Assembly: GCA_050486505.1 (NCBI GenBank)
Contig: JBJHDK010000062.1
Span: 1 to 13,437 of the forward strand
Reading direction: 5' to 3'
Length of the DNA stretch: 13,437 nucleotides
Source: Fibrobacteria bacterium
GTDB lineage: Bacteria; Fibrobacterota; Fibrobacteria; UBA11236
In this document: positions 9,800 to 13,437 of the stretch, piece by piece
Layout: every line of letters begins with the position of its first letter
Position numbering within the stretch: position 1 is the stretch's first letter
The notes under the pieces: model-generated
Database searches by the model: none
Told to the model about the DNA's origin: nothing
Seen by the model: only the letters and a program-made list of their open reading frames with translations
Program-made: the position numbers and the translations under genes

Positions 9800-11647
9800 A
9801 TGCCCTCGATCCTTTTTCACACCGTCGCATTTTGCCTGACCTTCGTCCTTTCGGCGTGCATTTTCGATTCAGGTTCGAAAAAGAAAAAGTCCCCTGACGA
9901 AGGGGGGAACGGGAACGGAACCCCCGTCTCCCTCGAATGGACATGGCGTAGTCCCAGCCCTCACAACGGGAATGCATTTTCGCTGGCGCATGGCAACGGA
10001 CAGTGGGTGATGGGAGTCATGGGGGGAAACGTGTTCACGTCAACAGACGGTCTCACCTGGACGGAGAGGATGATCGATACGGAGCACAACAGATTGTCGA
10101 TCGTCTGGACGGGAACGCGGTTCGTGGGGGTCGGCGGTTTCGGAACCATTTTCACCTCGCCCAACGGAACGGCTTGGATCCAGGAGACCTCCGGAACGAC
10201 CCAAAACCTCAGCGAAGTGATCCGGGCCGGGTCGTCCCTGATTGCCATTGGGCAGGTGGGGCGCGAGGTCTTTTCTTCTCCGGATGACGGAACGACATGG
10301 ATTCCTTCGGGTGTGGTCGGAGGAAGCGGCGTTCTTTTGTCCGTGGGCTGGTCGGAGGATACGGAACTTTTCGTTGCGGTCGGAAGCAACGGACTGATGG
10401 CGACCTCTCCTGATGCCGTCACTTGGACATTACGGTCATCGGGAACGAACAATGACCTGCATTCCGTCGCATGGGGGGGCTCACAGTGGGTCGCCGTGGG
10501 CGGAATGGGAACGGGCGGAACGGCGGAGGGAACCGTCGTGACCTCGCCGGACGGTGAGACGTGGACGCTGCGAAGCTCCGGGACGACGCAGTCCTTGCGG
10601 CGCGTGCGATGGACGGGCGAGCGGTTCGTCGCGGTCGGATCGGGGGGGACCTTGCTGACGTCTCCCGACGGAGAAACATGGACGGCGCACGAGACGCAGA
10701 CGACGACGGATCTTCGCGATGTGCGACGGGATGGCGAAGAAATCCTCGTGATCGGCGGGAATGTTGTCGTGTCCTCGGAGGATGGAGGCGAGACATGGGA
10801 CACGAGGGCAGCGGAGCCGATCGGCGCCCAGCATGCCGTGACGTGGACGGGCACGCGCTTCGTTTCCGTCGGATTCAACGGATCGATCCGCGCTTCGCCC
10901 GACGGCCTTGAATGGTCAGGCGTGTCGTCCGCGACCTCGAATCACCTGAATGCGATCGTGTGGACCGGAGAACAACTGGTTGCCGTTGGCGATGGGGGAG
11001 TGATCCTGACCTCCCCGGACGGGGAAACCTGGGAGGGGAGGACTTCCGGGACCACGCGAAATCTGAGCGGGCTGGCGTTCGGGAATTCGCTTCATGTCGC
11101 CTCGGGGCAAGGGGGCGCCATTCTCACATCACCGGATGCGGTGACGTGGACGATCGTCGAAGAAGGTGTGGCCGAGGCGGCGGGCGGTCATTCCACGATC
11201 GTGTGGGCCGACACGCAGTTCGTGATCGCGGGCGCGGCGGGCATCTTGACCAGTCCTGACGGCGTGACCTGGACGACCCGCGCTTCCGGTGATCCGACCG
11301 TGTTCCTGGCGCTGGCTTGGCGAGCTTCCGCTTCCGCCGACAGCGTGCGCTTCGTTGTCGTCGGGACGAACGGGACGCTGCGGACCTCGGAGAATGGAAT
11401 TGACTGGGAGACCCGGGATATCGGAGGAACTGAAGGGTTGCGCGGCGTTGCCTGGGTGGGCTCTTCCGCGGCGCTTGGTCCCGGACGTTTCGTCGCCATG
11501 GGCGTGTCCGGTTCGTTGCTGACCTCGCCCGACGGGGTGACATGGAAGTACGAAGGGCGCATGACATCTCCTTGGTTTACCTCGATTGCTTCGAACGGGC
11601 ACAGAGCGGTAATGGTGGGGGGTGGAGCGATCTTGTCGTCGCCGTAA
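9800..11647 (+). CDS. Predicted lipoprotein with BNR/Asp-box (WD40/YVTN/BNR-like) beta-propeller repeats; function unknown
   Basis: Hydrophobic signal and lipobox LSA-C (Cys codon 9857-9859), a Gly/Lys linker, then 13 repeats of about 40 aa each with S-x-[DN]-G-x-x-W and VAVGxxG-like strands. Confidence 0.88.
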   Translation: MPSILFHTVAFCLTFVLSACIFDSGSKKKKSPDEGGNGNGTPVSLEWTWRSPSPHNGNAFSLAHGNGQWVMGVMGGNVFTSTDGLTWTERMIDTEHNRLSIVWTGTRFVGVGGFGTIFTSPNGTAWIQETSGTTQNLSEVIRAGSSLIAIGQVGREVFSSPDDGTTWIPSGVVGGSGVLLSVGWSEDTELFVAVGSNGLMATSPDAVTWTLRSSGTNNDLHSVAWGGSQWVAVGGMGTGGTAEGTVVTSPDGETWTLRSSGTTQSLRRVRWTGERFVAVGSGGTLLTSPDGETWTAHETQTTTDLRDVRRDGEEILVIGGNVVVSSEDGGETWDTRAAEPIGAQHAVTWTGTRFVSVGFNGSIRASPDGLEWSGVSSATSNHLNAIVWTGEQLVAVGDGGVILTSPDGETWEGRTSGTTRNLSGLAFGNSLHVASGQGGAILTSPDAVTWTIVEEGVAEAAGGHSTIVWADTQFVIAGAAGILTSPDGVTWTTRASGDPTVFLALAWRASASADSVRFVVVGTNGTLRTSENGIDWETRDIGGTEGLRGVAWVGSSAALGPGRFVAMGVSGSLLTSPDGVTWKYEGRMTSPWFTSIASNGHRAVMVGGGAILSSP

Positions 11648-11785
11648 GGGGTGAGTGTTGTCGAAGTGTCCGGAGACGGCACACTGGTGATATTCGAGTG
11701 ATGGGCCCGGAGGGTTCCCGGGAAGCGCCGGTGGCCCGGGCGGCCGCGGGATGGAGGCGCCCCTTACAAACTCGTTTTTGTCCAC

Positions 11786-11823
11786 AAAAAATCCCCGTGA
11801 AGTTTTCACGGGGATTTTCTTTT
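11786..11823. terminator. Bidirectional rho-independent terminator
   Basis: AAAAAATCCCCGTGAA-GTT-TTCACGGGGATTTTCTTTT between convergent genes, with T-tracts on both strands. Confidence 0.88.
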
Positions 11824-11841
11824 GCGCATGTCCGGAGTCGA

Positions 11842-13140
11842 CTACGACCCCAGGTACTCCTCCACCGCCGCGCGGAGTCGCTTGTACAGCCACTCCTGCT
11901 GCTTCAGGTCTTCCTCGAGCAAGGTCACGCGGAAGCCGAGCAGGTCGGAGCAGAACGACGAAATCGGCACCACGCAAATGCCGGTCGCGGCAAGCAGGTA
12001 GTACACGAATCGCTTGTCGAGCGGAATGCCGCCCACCATGGTCTCCACCAGCGCGGCGGCCTCCGCATTTTCCACCCTCAGTTTCTGCCCGGGCTTCAGG
12101 ACGCCATCCTTGAACAGGATGGTGTTGTAAAACGCACCGTAGGTTTTGTTCACCAGCAGGCCGGGTACATCCTTCAACGTTTCGACCACCACGTCGCCGC
12201 GGCGGGCGATGTCGGAATTAAGGCGTTCACGATGCTTGGGGAATTCCGGATGGCTGAGGATCGCGGGGATGGCCATTTGCGGGAGGGTGGTCGAGCATAC
12301 CTCGAGCATCTTCGCGTCCTCGATGGTCTTCACCAGCTTTGCGAACTCCGGGTCCTTGCGGGTGTTGTAGAACTCGAGCCAGCCGCAGCGTGAGCCCGGC
12401 CAGGGAAGTTCCTTGGAGATCCCCTTCATGGCGATGCCGGGCACGTCGCCGATCACCTCGGCGAGCTGCACGGCCTTGGCGCCATTGTAGGTGATGTGCG
12501 TGTAGATCTCGTCCGCAATCAGGAACAGGCCGTACTCTTTCGCCAGCGCGACGATTTCCCGCAGGATTTCCTCGGGATAGACCATCCCCGTGGGGTTGTC
12601 GGGATTGATGATCAGGATGCCCGTGATGCCGGGGTGATACTTCACCTTGTTCCGCAACTCCTCCATGTCGGGGTACCAGTTGTTCTCCGGATCGAGGCAA
12701 TACGTGATGGGGTGTTGCCCCGCGTGTCCGCCTTCGGCGGAGCTGTGCGTCGAATATGCGGGGGAGGGGCCGATGATGCGCACGCCGGGATCGAGGTATT
12801 GGTACACCTTGCCGATGGCGTCGCCCACACCGTTGCAGAACAGGATGTCCTCGGGAGTGATCTGTACGCCGCCCAGGGAGTTCGTGCGCGCGGTGAGGAA
12901 CTTGCGCGTCTCAAGCACGCCCTTGGTGGGGCAGTACCCGTAGCTGCGTGAATCCATCGCGAGATCGGCCACGATCTTCTTCATCCAGTCGGGAACGGGG
13001 GTTCCTTTCTGCACGGGGTCGCCGATGTTTTCCCAATGAATCTCCACGCCCTTCTCCTGGAAGAGCATGGCTTTTTTGACGATCTCACGGATTTCGTAGA
13101 CCAGTTCCGTGGCGCCGGGATGAAGCAGTTTGCGTCGCAT
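11842..13140 (-). CDS. Pyridoxal phosphate-dependent aminotransferase class I/II (AlaA/AspC-like; substrate unresolved)
   Basis: YEIR, NIGDP, IINPDNPTG, IADEIY, PLP-lysine motif GISKELPWPGSRCGW and the C-terminal FRVTLL arginine. Confidence 0.92.
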   Translation of the reverse strand: MRRKLLHPGATELVYEIREIVKKAMLFQEKGVEIHWENIGDPVQKGTPVPDWMKKIVADLAMDSRSYGYCPTKGVLETRKFLTARTNSLGGVQITPEDILFCNGVGDAIGKVYQYLDPGVRIIGPSPAYSTHSSAEGGHAGQHPITYCLDPENNWYPDMEELRNKVKYHPGITGILIINPDNPTGMVYPEEILREIVALAKEYGLFLIADEIYTHITYNGAKAVQLAEVIGDVPGIAMKGISKELPWPGSRCGWLEFYNTRKDPEFAKLVKTIEDAKMLEVCSTTLPQMAIPAILSHPEFPKHRERLNSDIARRGDVVVETLKDVPGLLVNKTYGAFYNTILFKDGVLKPGQKLRVENAEAAALVETMVGGIPLDKRFVYYLLAATGICVVPISSFCSDLLGFRVTLLEEDLKQQEWLYKRLRAAVEEYLGS

Positions 13141-13157
13141 AAGGCGGGATATTTAGA

Positions 13158-13249
13158 AAATGGGCAGTGAACAGTGAATAATGGACAGTACGGCAGTACA
13201 ACAATAGAGCGATAGAACAATGCAACAGTGCAGCAATAAGGCAGTGGGG
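13158..13249. repeat. Degenerate tandem array: 4 heptamers then 8 octamers
   Basis: AAATGGG CAGTGAA CAGTGAA TAATGGA, then CAGTACGG CAGTACAA CAATAGAG CGATAGAA CAATGCAA CAGTGCAG CAATAAGG CAGTGGGG. Confidence 0.85.
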
Positions 13250-13308
13250 GAGGTGGGGGGACTCCGGGGGTTGGCGCTTCGGAGGGGGTGCGGTTCCGGA
13301 CGCGGGCG

Positions 13309-13356
13309 AACGCCCCGTCAGGGGCGTTGTAGGGGCAAATGATAAATTTCCCCGAC
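13309..13356. repeat. Hairpin (13309-13328) abutting a decayed second copy of the REP-like element (13329-13356)
   Basis: AACGCCCC-GTCA-GGGGCGTT, then GTAGGGGCAAATGATAAATTTCCCCGAC, which is 24/28 identical to 1168-1195. Confidence 0.8.
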
Positions 13357-13437
13357 GGGACGGGTGCAGGCTTTCAATTCCGCAGGTGGCGCCCGTGACA
13401 CCCCCGCAGTGTTTTGGCGACAGGGGGGGCGCCCACA

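Noticed and set aside
11648..11785. GC-rich short inverted repeats after the lipoprotein gene
   Set aside because: Short, imperfect and expected by chance at this GC content.
13158..13249. Possible CRISPR array or small peptide gene (12981-13220 ORF)
   Set aside because: Units are 7-8 nt with no spacers and no cas genes; the ORF is just the translated repeat and overlaps the aminotransferase out of frame.

Overview
GC-rich bacterial window of mostly housekeeping genes; Fibrobacterota-like, inferred weakly from the eukaryote-type HisA. Gene order: dnaX (5' part, minus, runs off the left edge), hslO/Hsp33 (minus) and a 1141-aa PPi-dependent PEP carboxykinase (minus). Divergent from these is a stand-alone pyrB (plus), then a rhomboid protease and a eukaryote-type hisA (both minus). 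Next come mtgA and a 14-blade Asp-box beta-propeller lipoprotein (both plus), then a class I/II PLP aminotransferase (minus). I see no transposase, integrase, CRISPR array or RNA gene. The most unusual signals are non-coding. (1) Degenerate 7-mer/8-mer tandem arrays of three different unit sequences abut the putative -10 boxes of four genes, always pyrimidine-rich on the sense strand. (2) A GTAG-type REP-like palindrome supplies the hslO stop codon and is flanked by an inverted copy of the last hslO codons; a decayed second copy lies near 13.3 kb. (3) TAnnTT boxes lie exactly 8 nt before the ATG of three genes lacking a Shine-Dalgarno site, suggesting leaderless mRNAs. All calls come from motif recognition by eye; no searches were run.
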